NCBI GenBank assembly: GCA_963755025.1
Contig: CAVWIH010000033.1
Coordinates: 73,472-137,471, forward strand
Direction: 5' to 3'
Length of the DNA: 64,000 nucleotides
DNA from: an uncultured Actinomycetes bacterium
GTDB lineage: Bacteria > Actinomycetota > Thermoleophilia > UBA2241
In this document: piece by piece, positions 20,656-33,791 of the stretch
Layout: each line of letters begins with the position of its first letter
Position numbering within the stretch: the first letter of the stretch is position 1
Notes under the pieces: model-generated
Database searches by the model: none
Told to the model about the DNA's origin: nothing
The model's input: only the letters and a program-made list of their open reading frames with translations
Program-made: the position numbers and the translations under genes

Positions 20656-22069
20656 CGACAGTGCTCCTCATCTACCCGTTCTTCCTGGGGCGGCTCGACC
20701 GCTCGCGCTTTCGCTTTCCGCCGCTCGGGCCGGCCTACGTGGCCGCCGCGCTGCGCGCCGCCGGCCACGACGTCGACCTGCTCGACTGCACCTTCCTGAG
20801 CCGCGACGAGGCGCTCGGCCGGGCGCGGGCCTCGGGGGCGCGAGTCGTCGGCATCTACGCCATGGCTACGCTCGGCCCCGAGAGCCGCTGGTTCGCCGAG
20901 CGCCTGCGCGGGCGCTGCGACCTGCTGGTGGCCGGCGGCCCGCTGCCGACCTGCGAGCCCCTCGAGTTCGTGCAGCACTTCGACGCCGTCGTGCGCGGCG
21001 AGGGCGAGCAGGCCATGTGCGAGCTGGTTGCCGCCCACGAGGCGGGCGCCGACATCGGCGCCGTCGCCGGCGTCGTCACCCGAGCGACGGCGCCCGGCGC
21101 CGGCGCGGCGGGCCGGGCCGCCGCCGGTGGGCCGGCGCGTCCCGCGGTCGCCGCCGCCGCGGCGCCGTCGCGCCGCCCCGTCCCTTCGCCACCGACCTCG
21201 ACGCGCTTGCCTTTCCGGCCCGCGACCTGCTGCCCAACGCGGCCTACATCGCCCACGGCCGCAAGAAGGACGGCCGCGCCGTCACCACGGTGATGAGCAC
21301 GCGCGGCTGTCCCTTTGCCTGCGAGTTCTGCAGCAACGTGGTGTTCGGTCGCTCCTACCGCGAGCGCTCGCCGGGCAACGTGGTCGACGAGATCGAAGAG
21401 GCGCTCGCCCTGGGCTACGACCGCATCTCCTTTGCCGACGACGTCTTCACCCTCGACCGCCGCCGGGTGGCCGCCGTGTGCGACGAGATCGCGCGACGCG
21501 GCCTGCGCTTCACCTGGGAGTGCCTGGGGCGTGTCGACACGCTCGACGGCGAGACCGCACGGCGCATGCGGCAGGCCGGCTGCGACACCATCTTCTTCGG
21601 CATCGAGTCGGGCAACGACGCCGTGCTGCGCTTGATGGACAAGCAGATCACGACCGCCCAGGCGCGCGCCGCCGTCGAGGCCGCCCACGAGGCAGGGCTG
21701 CGGGTGGGCGCCTTCTTCATCGTCTACTACCCCGGCGAGAGCGACGACACGGTGCTCGACACGCTGCGCTTCGCCGGCTCGCTGCCGCTCGACTACCTGG
21801 GCCTGACGATGCCCTACCCGCTGCCCGGCACGGCGCTCACGGAGCGGCTCGCCGGCCGCACGCGGCGCGAGTGGCGCCAGCACGGCGGCCTGCTGACCGG
21901 CCACGCCCTCACCTTCGACGCCGACGTCTCGGCCACCAAGATGCGCGTCGCCATTCTCAAGGGGCACGTGCAGTTCGCGCTGCAGCGCCGGCTGGGGAAG
22001 AGGCTGGCGGCGCCGGCGCTGCGCGCCTTCGAGGTTCCTACCGACGCGCTCCTGCGGCGACTGCGCTGA
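20652..22069 (+). CDS. B12-binding radical SAM protein 1 (frameshift near 21170)
   Basis: FPPLGPAYVAA, GGPLPT, VVRGEGE, STRGCPFACEFC, FADDVF, FGIESG. Confidence 0.9.
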
Positions 22070-23402
22070 GCGCCGGCTCGAGGTCGAGACCGGGTTCCCG
22101 GCGGCGCCTGCGCCTGTTCTCGGCAAAGGCCGCGGTGGTCTCGGCGATGCGCCGCCGCAGCCAGTCGGCGTCGAACTGCGAGTGGTAGACGAAGGTCGTC
22201 TCGTTCTCTTCGTTCCAGTCGAGGCCGTCGTCGGGCCCGCCGAGGCGCCGGAAGAGCGTGGAGCCGGGCAGCGGGAAGGGCACGTTGAACGAGATCTCGT
22301 CGAGCGGCAGGGCCAGGGCCAGCGCGAAGGTCTGCTCGACCGCGGGGACGGTCTCGCCCGGGTAGCCCACGATGAAGAAGCCGGCCACCTCGATGCCGGC
22401 CTCGCGGTAGAGGCTCACGGCGCGGATGCCGTCGCCCACTGTTACCTGCTTGTTCATGAGGGCGAGCGTCGCCTGGCTGCCCGACTCGAGGCCCAGGTAG
22501 ACGCGCCGGCAGCCGGCCTCCCGCATGAGGCGCACGGTGGCGCGCCTGATCCCCCGGGCGCGCGACAGGCACGACCAGGTGAGGCCGCGGCCCGCCATGC
22601 GCCGGCAGAACCCCTCGAGGTAGGCGATGTCGAGCGTGAAGGTGTCGTCGGCGATCCACAGGCCGTCGTAGCCCAGGGCGGCGATCTCGTCGACCTCGGC
22701 GAAGACCCAGTCGAGGCTGCGGCGCCGCACGACGTTGCCGAACACCGGCTTTGAGCAGAAGTCGCAGGCGAACGGACAGCCCAGCGTGACCATGAGCGAG
22801 GTGATGGCGGCGCCGCCGGCGCGCCGCCACACGCTCTGGTAGGCGGCGTGGTCGAAGTCGCTGCGGTCGGGCCGCGGGAACGACTCGAGGGCGGCCTCGT
22901 CGTAGTGCGTGCACGGGTTGTCGATGCGCACGCCGTGGTTGGGGATGAACAGGCCGTCGTAGGCGGCCAGCGGCAGGTGCGCCAGGGAGTCGGGCGAGAC
23001 GCGGCGAGCGAAGACGTCGCCGCAGAACTGCGGAAAGCTGAGGTCGGCCTCGCCCCGAAAGACGACGTCGAAGTGCTTGGCGAAGCGCCTGGGAAAGACG
23101 GTGGGCAGCGCGCCGCCCGCCACCAGGAGGGCGTGGGGCGCGACCTCGCGCACCATGGCGGCCACGGCGAAGGTGTTGCGCGACAGGCTGACCATCGAGG
23201 AAACGCCCACGATGTCGGGCCGGTACGCTTCGAGCTCGGCGCGCAGCGTGGCCAGATCGCTGAACGTGCAGTCGAAGACCCTGGTCTCGATGTCGCGGCC
23301 GCGCAGCTGGGCGGCCAGCGTGGCGATGCCGAGCGGCGCAAAGAGCATCTCGTTGGCCGACCTCGTGCGAACGTACGGAAAGACGAGCGCCACCCTGCCC
23401 AT
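22038..23402 (-). CDS. B12-binding radical SAM protein 2
   Basis: APLGIATLAA, GGALPT, FRGEAD, TLGCPFACDFC, IADDTF, LGLESGS, FFIVGYPGET. Confidence 0.92.
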   Translation of the reverse strand: MGRVALVFPYVRTRSANEMLFAPLGIATLAAQLRGRDIETRVFDCTFSDLATLRAELEAYRPDIVGVSSMVSLSRNTFAVAAMVREVAPHALLVAGGALPTVFPRRFAKHFDVVFRGEADLSFPQFCGDVFARRVSPDSLAHLPLAAYDGLFIPNHGVRIDNPCTHYDEAALESFPRPDRSDFDHAAYQSVWRRAGGAAITSLMVTLGCPFACDFCSKPVFGNVVRRRSLDWVFAEVDEIAALGYDGLWIADDTFTLDIAYLEGFCRRMAGRGLTWSCLSRARGIRRATVRLMREAGCRRVYLGLESGSQATLALMNKQVTVGDGIRAVSLYREAGIEVAGFFIVGYPGETVPAVEQTFALALALPLDEISFNVPFPLPGSTLFRRLGGPDDGLDWNEENETTFVYHSQFDADWLRRRIAETTAAFAENRRRRRREPGLDLEPALSAVAAGARR

Positions 23403-23552
23403 GCGGCTCCTTTGCGCGGACGACCCCTGACCTCGGGGCTTCATACCCACGGGGCCGCTCGCGAAAGCTCGTCTCGCCGTCGCGGCCAACGGACGCGCGC
23501 TCGCAGCGGTGCCGTACACTGTGCCCGCCTGTGGGGCGACAAGGGGGCGAAC

Positions 23553-25013
23553 GTGCACGCGACAACTCGACGCAACGAAGTGCTGCTCGTCTTTCCGGGG
23601 AGGTTCAAGGCGCCCGACCCGCAGGTGCCGCTCCAGTTGCTGCACGTCGCCGGCGCCCTGCAGCGCGCCGGCTACCGGCCGCGCATCTTCGACCTGCGCC
23701 TCGCCGACTACCGCACGCTGCCGATCGGCGAGCCGGTGTTCGTCGGGCTCACCTGCATGAGCGGTCCGCAGATCCGCTACGCCCTGGAGTTCGCCGCCCG
23801 GGTGCGCGCGGAGCGGCCGCGCGTGCCCATCGTGTGGGGCGGCGTGCACCCCACGCTGCTGCCCGAACAGACCGCCGCCAGCGCGGCGGTCGACGTGGTG
23901 GTGCGCGGCGAGGCCGAGACGGTCGTCGGCCCGCTGGCCGACCGGCTGGCCGCGGGCGCCCCGCTGGCCGACGTGCACGGCCTCACCTACGAGCTCGACG
24001 GCGCCGTGGTGAGCACGCCCGACGCCGAGCTCGCCGACCTCGACGGCATACCGGTCGAGCTGCCCTACGAGCTGCTCGACCTCGCCGGCTACCCCACGCT
24101 GCAGGCGGGTCGCGTGCACCTGCAGACCAGCCGCGGCTGCCCGAGCCGCTGCGGCTTCTGTTACAACACCGGCTTCAACAAGCGCCGCTGGCGCGGCAAG
24201 AGCCCGGAGCGCGTGGTGGCCGAGGTGCAGAGCCTGCTGCGCCGCTTTCCGCAGGTGAAGATCGTCGACCCGGTCGACGACAACTTCTTCGTCGACCGCC
24301 GCCGCGCCGAGGCGATCTGCACCGGCCTGCTCGACGGCGACGTGCGCGCCGCCTGGCGGGCGAACTGCCGCTTCGACTACCTGGCCAAGTACGACGGGGC
24401 GTTCGTGAAGCTGCTCGAGCAGGCCGGCTGCAGGGAGATCGACTTCGGCGGCGAGAGCGGCTCCGAGCGCATGCAGAGCCTGGTCTGCAAAGACGTGAGC
24501 GCCGAGCAGATCCTGCAGTCGGCGGCCAAGCTGGCCGAGTTCGCGCCCTCGATCGACCCGTTCGTCTCGTGGCTGTCGGGGCTGCCCGGCGAGACCTACG
24601 CCGACATGGAGCAGACCTTCGACCTGATGGACGCCATGGGCCGCGTCAACCCGCGCACGCAGCACTACGGCATCTTCCTGTACACGCCGTTCCCGAGCCC
24701 GCTGCTCGACTCGCTGCCGGCCACGTTTCGCCCCCCGCAGTCGCTCGAGGCCTGGGGGGCGATCGAGGTCTTCCACTTCGAGCCGCCCTGGCACACACCC
24801 GCCTACGTGCGGCGCCTGCGGGCGATCTCGGCGGTCACGCGCTACGCCTTCTATCCGCGCTCGCGCATAGACGAGCACGGCCCCGCCTTTCGCGCCGGCT
24901 ACGGCGCCGTGAGCCGCGCCGCGCGCTACCGCTGGAGCCACCGCTACTTCCGCCACCCGGTCGAGCTCGACCTGGCCAACGCCGCGGCCAAGCGGCTGCG
25001 CGGCTTTCTGTGA
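23553..25013 (+). CDS. B12-binding radical SAM protein 3
   Basis: VPLQLLHVA, WGGVHPT, VRGEAE, TSRGCPSRCGFC, VDDNFF, GGESGS, GLPGET. Confidence 0.92.
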   Translation: MHATTRRNEVLLVFPGRFKAPDPQVPLQLLHVAGALQRAGYRPRIFDLRLADYRTLPIGEPVFVGLTCMSGPQIRYALEFAARVRAERPRVPIVWGGVHPTLLPEQTAASAAVDVVVRGEAETVVGPLADRLAAGAPLADVHGLTYELDGAVVSTPDAELADLDGIPVELPYELLDLAGYPTLQAGRVHLQTSRGCPSRCGFCYNTGFNKRRWRGKSPERVVAEVQSLLRRFPQVKIVDPVDDNFFVDRRRAEAICTGLLDGDVRAAWRANCRFDYLAKYDGAFVKLLEQAGCREIDFGGESGSERMQSLVCKDVSAEQILQSAAKLAEFAPSIDPFVSWLSGLPGETYADMEQTFDLMDAMGRVNPRTQHYGIFLYTPFPSPLLDSLPATFRPPQSLEAWGAIEVFHFEPPWHTPAYVRRLRAISAVTRYAFYPRSRIDEHGPAFRAGYGAVSRAARYRWSHRYFRHPVELDLANAAAKRLRGFL

Positions 25014-25137
25014 GGGCGCAGGCACGCGCGATCTGCGCGGCGTGGCGCACCGATACGACCTCGACCATGGCCGTGGGCCGGGCCACCGGATAGCCTTGGC
25101 GGTGCGTCCGGCGTAGGTCACCCAAAAGGAGCTTCCC

Positions 25138-25605
25138 GTGCCCACCGAGCTGCGCCCCATAGGCGTCATCCACACGCCGTTTGCCGTCAAAGAAGACGCC
25201 CCCATCCAGGGCGCCTTTCACCCCGAGAACACCGGCGTGGTCGAGGTGGCCCCCGAGTACGCCGAGGGCCTCTCCGACATCGACGGCTTCTCGCACCTGA
25301 TCCTGCTCTACCAGTTCGACCGCGCGGCCCCGATCGAGATGGCGCGCCCCACGTTCCTGAGCGACGAGCCCCACGGCATCTTCGCCTGCCGCCACCCGGC
25401 ACGGCCCAATGCCATCGGGCTGACCATCGTCACCCTGCTGAGCCGCGAGGGCACTGCCCTGACGTGCGGCGGCGTCGACATGCTCGACGGCACGCCGCTG
25501 CTCGACATCAAGCCCTACATCGGGCGCTTCGACTGCTTTCCCGACGCGAGCGAGGGCTGGTTCGCCGGGCGAGAGGACCGGCCCAAGCCGCCGGGCAGGG
25601 AGTAG
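25138..25605 (+). CDS. tsaA: tRNA (t6A37)-N6-methyltransferase TrmO/TsaA family
   Basis: PIGVIHTPF, GFSHLILLY, GIFACRHPARPNAIGL, DMLDGTPLLDIKPY. Confidence 0.92.
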   Translation: MPTELRPIGVIHTPFAVKEDAPIQGAFHPENTGVVEVAPEYAEGLSDIDGFSHLILLYQFDRAAPIEMARPTFLSDEPHGIFACRHPARPNAIGLTIVTLLSREGTALTCGGVDMLDGTPLLDIKPYIGRFDCFPDASEGWFAGREDRPKPPGRE

Positions 25606-25744
25606 CGAGCAGGCCGCCTGCCGGCGACGCAGGAGTGCGACCGCACCGCTGGCCGCGGTCCGGGTCGACCCGCCGTGGACCAGGCCGTGACTAGGGTGTA
25701 GCGTCAATCAGTACGACCAACGCAGGGGGCAATCAGGAGGGCGC

Positions 25745-26418
25745 ATGGCAGCCGACGCATATCCAAGGATTCCTGAGAGCAACTGGTGGAAACTGCGCAA
25801 TCAGTTCAAGAAGACCATGCCGGCAGCGGTGACGACGCCGTACATCCGCAGCCTCTTGGGCCTGAACTCCGAAAAGGCGGCCAGTAACCTGCTCACCCCC
25901 CTTCGGCGCCTCGGACTGATCGACAAAGACAACAAGCCGACGGCTCGAGCCAACGATTGGCGAAACGACGCCAAGTACGCTGACATCTGCAGGGACATGC
26001 TCGCTGACGTTTATCCGCAGGAACTTCGCGATTTGTACAGCGGGCCCGGCATAGACCGGCGCGCGGTCACCGGGTGGTTCGCAGACGTCGCTCGACTTGG
26101 ACAGGGCGCCGCCGCCATGAACGCTCAGCTCTATGTGCTGCTCAACGAGGGCGTGCCGCGCTCAAGCGAGGGGCAGCCGAAGAAGGGGAGGTCAAGCCGA
26201 AGGCTGCGAAGGCGGCTACCGCGGTGGAGTCTGATTGGCGGAGCGCCACGTCTTCCGAGGCTCGTGAGGATGGGAGAAAGAAGCCGCTGGATCACGCGCA
26301 CGAGCCGCAGGGCCCCACCGTGCACATGGACTTCCAGATCCACATCTCTCCTGAAGCAGGTGTGGAACAAATTGACGCCATCTTCGCTTCGATGGCGAAG
26401 CACCTCTACAACAAGTAG
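25745..26418 (+). CDS. DUF5343-like protein (frameshift near 26185)
   Basis: SD AGGAGG; wHTH-like N-terminus (LRRLGLID...KPT), C-terminal HMDFQIHISPEA...IDAIFASMAKHLY in the second frame. Confidence 0.7.
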
Positions 26419-26425
26419 GGATCGC

Positions 26426-26932
26426 ATGTTGCTCGAGGAGCTTCGCGTTCGTCTTGGTGCTCTGACGCGCGAGTTGGCCTCCGTTCCGGCCGTCACGCTG
26501 ACGCGTCCGCGGCCGGTGCATAGGAAGCAGTTGAGAGACTACTTGGTGGACCGCGACCTCTTGAAGGTCGGCGAGAGGCTGTTCGCCGACGGGCACCATG
26601 CTCGTGCCGTCGAGGAGGCTTTCAAGTATATGAACAATCTCGTCAAGACGCGGTCGGGGCGAACGGAGCTCGATGGGGCGCAATTGATGAGGACTGCACT
26701 TAGCGCCAAGAACCCGGTTTTGAAGCTAAATCCGGGGGCGTCCACTTCCGAGCAGGATGAGCAGCAGGGCTACATGGATATCTGTGCGGGAAGCATGACC
26801 GGAATCCGTAACCCGAGGGCTCATGAGTCCGAGTGGGAAGATTCGGAGGAGCACGCGCTCCAGCTGCTCATCTTGGCGGACCACTTGATAGGCCGCATCA
26901 AGGCCGCGACGAAGACGCCCGCGGCTCCGTAG
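26426..26932 (+). CDS. TIGR02391/Ymh-family HEPN-like protein
   Basis: LFADGHHARAVEEAFK, DGAQLM, EQQGYM, G-IRNPRAH (Rx4H motif). Confidence 0.85.
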   Translation: MLLEELRVRLGALTRELASVPAVTLTRPRPVHRKQLRDYLVDRDLLKVGERLFADGHHARAVEEAFKYMNNLVKTRSGRTELDGAQLMRTALSAKNPVLKLNPGASTSEQDEQQGYMDICAGSMTGIRNPRAHESEWEDSEEHALQLLILADHLIGRIKAATKTPAAP

Positions 26933-27028
26933 CAGCACCCGAGAATGTTCGAGGTCTTACGACTCCCCGAGGAGCGTTTTGGGTTCCCTCTGCGGTCCGC
27001 CAAGGTGGCGACTAGCGGGACAAAGATT

Positions 27029-27104
27029 TGGTGGAGGTAAGCGGGCTCGAACCGCTGACCTTCTGGCTGCCAGCCAGACGCTCTCCCAGCTGAGCTATAC
27101 CCCC
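27029..27104 (-). tRNA. tRNA-Ala(GGC)
   Basis: GGGGGTATAGCTCAG...TCTGG-CT-GGC-AG-CCAGA...GGTTCGA...CCTCCACCA; G3:U70 pair; 76 nt with CCA. Confidence 0.97.
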
Positions 27105-27319
27105 ACCGGGTGCGCCGGCCGTGGCCGGCGGTTGTTGAGTATACCATCGGGCTCGAGGCTCGCAACTCGACCGGCCGTCCGTGGGTCGCGGACGCGCCTG
27201 AGCCTGTCGCCGGCGCCGTGACGGTCGGCGCCCGGTATACTAGGCTGCGGCGCGGGGAACCTCTGGGCTACTCAAGGTCCGGCGCCGGCAAGCGCTACTT
27301 TCGCAAGTGTTCCCCGTCG

Positions 27320-27379
27320 CGGCCAGGTAAGTCACGGCCAGGTCAGTCACGAGCGAGCAAGTCACGAGCGAGCAAGGAA
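27320..27379 (+). repeat. Four 15-bp tandem units (AABB) in the leuS leader
   Basis: cggccaggtaagtca cggccaggtcagtca cgagcgagcaagtca cgagcgagcaaggaa. Confidence 0.85.
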
Positions 27380-27390
27380 CGGGACCCAAG

Positions 27391-29976
<2,586 letters not shown>

Positions 29977-30263
29977 ACCCTCCCGACCGGCGCCGCGTCG
30001 CGCGCGGCCGTGCCGCGGCGCGTCGTCGTCGCGTCGCGGCGCGTCGCCTTCGCGCCGCGGCCTCGGCGCGTCGCCGTCGCCGTACCGCGGCCTTGGCGCG
30101 CCGACCACCGACGCTTCTCGCAGTCCTTTGCCATCGTCCACGCCGGTCGCGAGCTATCGCGAACCGCGCACCGCCCGCGGCCCGCTGCGCGCCGCCTGGC
30201 CGACCCCTAGCCTGTAGCAGCACTGCAGGTCATCTGGTCACCCGCGTCTGCCGGAGGGGTCTC

Positions 30264-30920
30264 GTGGACATCTCGCGTCGTCAGGCTTACATCTACGTCG
30301 GTCTGGCTCTCGTGGTCGCCGCGCTGGGCGCGCGCTACCTGTTCTCGTCGCACGGCACGACGCCCGCGGGCGGGCAGTCCCTTGCCGGCCTCGCCACCTA
30401 CGCCTCGAGCGCTTCGGCCTCGCCGAGCCCGTACGCCTCATCCACACCCCAGGAGCTCGTGGTCTACGTGTGCGGCGCGGTCCGCCGGCCGGGGGTCTAC
30501 CACCTCGCGCCTGGGGCGCGCATCGCCGACCTGCTCAGCGTGGCCGGCGGCTCCACGGCCAAGGCCGAGCTGCAGGCGGTCAACCTGGCCGCCAAGCTCA
30601 CCGACGGCCAGCAGGTCGTGGTGCCCGAGCGCGGCGCCACCGCCGTCGCGGCGGCCGGCGACACGTCCGGTGCGAGCGGCACGAGCGGCACGACGGTGTC
30701 GGGCACGTCGGGCTCCGCCGGCGTGTCCGCCCCGGTCAACCTGAACACGGCCACTGAAGCCGAGCTCGACGCCCTGCCCGGCGTCGGTCCGGCCACCGCG
30801 CAGAAGATCATCGACTACCGCACGGCCAACGGCGGCTTCAAGAGCGTCGACGACTTGAAGAACGTGTCGGGCATCGGCGACGCCAAGTTCGCCACGCTGC
30901 AGCCGCTCGTCACGGTGTAG
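30264..30920 (+). CDS. comEA: Competence DNA receptor ComEA
   Basis: TM, SLBB (VCGAVRRPGVY), HhH (VNLNTAT...LPGVGP...IIDYR). Confidence 0.93.
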   Translation: MDISRRQAYIYVGLALVVAALGARYLFSSHGTTPAGGQSLAGLATYASSASASPSPYASSTPQELVVYVCGAVRRPGVYHLAPGARIADLLSVAGGSTAKAELQAVNLAAKLTDGQQVVVPERGATAVAAAGDTSGASGTSGTTVSGTSGSAGVSAPVNLNTATEAELDALPGVGPATAQKIIDYRTANGGFKSVDDLKNVSGIGDAKFATLQPLVTV

Positions 30921-30934
30921 ACGCGGCCGTCGCC

Positions 30935-33509
30935 GTGCGGGCGCCGCCCACCGCCTACTCGCTGCTCGTCGCCTATGTAGCGGGCCTGCTCGGCGCGCTC
31001 GCCTGGCGGCCGTCGCCGGCGGCCACCGTCGCGCTGCTCGGTGTCGGTACGGCCTGGGCGCTCCTGCGGCTGGCTTCGGCGAGCGAGCCGCCCGCCCGAC
31101 CAACGCCGGCAGAGGTAGAGTCGTCGGCTCCGGTCGGGCGTGGCCTGCCGACGCCGGCCGGGCGCACGACGTCAGGTCCGGCCGAGCGCAGCCCGTGGCC
31201 GTTGGCCCGTCGTCGCGGTGTCCAGGTCACGGCCTGGCGCCGCCGCTTGCGCGCTTCGGCCGCGGTCGCCCTGGCGCCGCTCGTCGTGGCCGCCGGCCTC
31301 GTCGTGGGCGCCGCGCGCCTCGACGCGCAGGCGCAGAGCCATCTCACCCGCTTCGTCGGTCACACGGTCACGTTGCAGGCGACGGCGCTCACGCTGCCCA
31401 AGACCGGCGACGAGCGCGTCTCGCTCGACGTCAAGGTCACCGCGGTCGACGGCGTCGCGGTCGCCGAGCGGGCGCCGCTCACGCTCGACCTGGGCGGCGC
31501 GCCGGCGCCGGCCTTCACCTCGCTCGGGCCGCTCGTCGAAGGCACGCGCCTGCGCCTGCCGGCGGCGCAGGTCGAAGCGCTGCCGCAGCCCAAGCCGGGC
31601 GAGTTCGACTACGGGCGCTACCTCGAGCGGCGCGGCGAGCACGTCGTGCTCGCCGCGCCGCTCGCCACGCTGCGCCTCACCGGCCGCCGCGGCGGCCTGG
31701 GTGGCCTTGTCGACCGCCTGCGCCTCGCGGCCCGCAGCCACATCCGCCGCGGCCTGCGCTCGCCGGTACGCGAGGTGCTCGAGGCGATGGTGCTCGGCGA
31801 CCAGCAGGCGGTGCCCACCGGCCCCGTCAACGACATGCGGCGCAGCGGGCTGCTCCACATTCTCGCGGTGTCGGGCGAGAACGTCGTGCTGCTCTGCACC
31901 ATGGGCTCGTTCGTGCTCACCCTGGCGGGCGTGCGCCGCGGCCTGCGCTCGCTGATCCTCATCCCCTCGGTCGTGCTCTATGTGGTGGTCACCGGGGCGA
32001 CGCCCTCGATCGTGCGCGCCGGGGTGTCGGGCGTGGTCGCCCTGCTCGCCAACCTCACTTCACGGCCCACCGACGGCTGGTTTCTGTGGCTCGTGCCGGG
32101 GGCGTTCATGCTCACGCGCAGCCCCGCGGTCGTCTACGACGTCAGCTTTCAGCTCTCGTTCGCGGCGGTCGCCGGCTTGCTGCTGCTGGGCCGGCCGCTC
32201 ACGCGCGCGCTGGCTTTCGCGCCGCGCTTTCTGGGCGAGCCGGCAGCCATCACCACGGCCGCCAGCCTCTCCACGGCGCCGGTCTCCATGGCGACCTTCG
32301 GCCAGGCGTCGCTGGTGGCCGTGCCGGCGAACATCGTCGGCGGCTTCGTGCTGGGGCCCATCATGTTCCTCGGCATGCTCAGCGTGTTCGTAGGCTTCGC
32401 CTGGCCCGGCCTGTCGGCGCCGCTCAACGTGGTGGCCGGGCTGTTCACCGGCTTTCTGCTGACCGTCGCCGCCTGGTTCGGCCACCCTTCGTTCGCCGTC
32501 TACCGCTGGCAGGGGCTCACGCTCGGCTTTCTGCTCGCCGCGCTGCTCGGGGGCGGCTTCGTCGCGGTCGCGCTGCTGGCTCACCGCGCCGGGCAGTCGC
32601 TGCGCGAGTACGCGCGTCCCACGCGGCGCCGCGGCCGCATCGCCGTCGCCGCCGTCGTGCTCGTGGCACTCGCCCTGGCCCTGGCCCCGGCGCGCCCGGC
32701 GGCGCCCACGCGGCCCACGCTCACCGTGCTCAGCGTGGGCGAGGGCGCCGCCGCCCTGCTGCAGGAGCCCGGCGGCCCCACCGTGCTGATCGACGCCGGA
32801 CCCACGCCGCTGGCCGCCTGCCTGCGCCGCCACGGCGTGCGCCGCATCGACCTGCTCGTGCTCTCGCACGGCCACGCCGACCACACCGCCGGCCTCTCCG
32901 ACGTGCTCGGCCAGATCCCCATCACGCTGGCGCTGGTGCCGCAGCCGGTGGTGGCGTCGGCCGCTCTCGACCACGTCGTCGCCGAGCTGCGCGCGGCGCG
33001 CGTACCGGTGCGCGCCTGCACGGCGCGCCTGTCGCTCGCCATCGGCGACGGCCGCCTGAGCGTGGTGCCCACCGGCACGCCGGGCGGCGCCGACAACCAG
33101 GACGAGAACGACTGCGCCCTGGTGGTCGTCGTCACGCTCGACGGCGACAGCGTGCTGCTGCCCGGCGACGCCGAAGCCGAGGCGCTCGAACCGCTCCACC
33201 TGGGCCCCATCGCGATCGTCGAGCTGCCCCACCACGGCTCGAGCGGCGGGCTCACCGACCGCCTGCTGGCCGAGTACCGGCCGCGCCTCGCGGTCGTCTC
33301 TGTCGGACCCGAACAAGTTCGGCCACCCCACGGCGTCGATGCTGGCGCTCATGGCCGACCACGGCGTGCCGCTGCTGCGCACCGACTTCAGCGGCGACAT
33401 CACCCTGACCGCCGGCCCGGCCGGCCTCGCCGTGGCGGCCGCACACCCGGGGCGCGCGCTCACGGCGGCGCACGCCGGGCGCGCCCTGGCGGCGGCGCGC
33501 TCGCCGTGA
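30935..33509 (+). CDS. comEC: Competence channel ComEC (frameshift near 33310)
   Basis: GEFDYGRYL, GLLHILAVSGEN, PSIVRA, SFQLSF, MBL motif SHGHADH, GDAE, PHHGS, then NKFGHP in a shifted frame. Confidence 0.9.
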
Positions 33510-33791
33510 AGAGGGAAGAGGGCTACAACTCGCAGCGCGCTAAGAGCCAGACCGCCGCCGCCAGCAAGGCGGCGGCCGCGAGGGCGGTCGGTGGTGGCGA
33601 GCGGCCACAGCGGGGCGACGTCGCGGCCTCGCAGGGCGGCGCCGTTGGCCGCCATCAGGCCGGCCGGGCTGTGGTCGCGAATGAGCGGCAAGCCGGTCAA
33701 GAGGAGCGGGCCGATCCGCCTGGCGCCGGCCCCGCGGACTCTGGCGCCCGGGCCGTCGCGCCGACGGTGGTGCTATCCTATCGGGGCTCCC

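Noticed and set aside
23403-23552. Cobalamin riboswitch between the divergent rSAM genes
   Set aside because: The gap is only 150 bp and I see no B12-box or GCCACTG-type element.
22038-25205. 1055-aa minus-strand protein and other long antisense ORFs (e.g. 27343-29727, 35431-37554)
   Set aside because: Shadow ORFs of high-GC genes. Only 22038-23402 has protein-like motifs.
25745-26932. Single 395-aa DUF5343-HEPN fusion
   Set aside because: The natural-looking C-terminus is in another frame ending at 26418, and the second gene has its own ATG at 26426.
15654-27028. Whole accessory block as one tRNA-Ala-integrated island
   Set aside because: No integrase and no duplicate of the tRNA 3' end found. 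Most of the block has host-like composition; only about 25.7-27.0 kb looks foreign.
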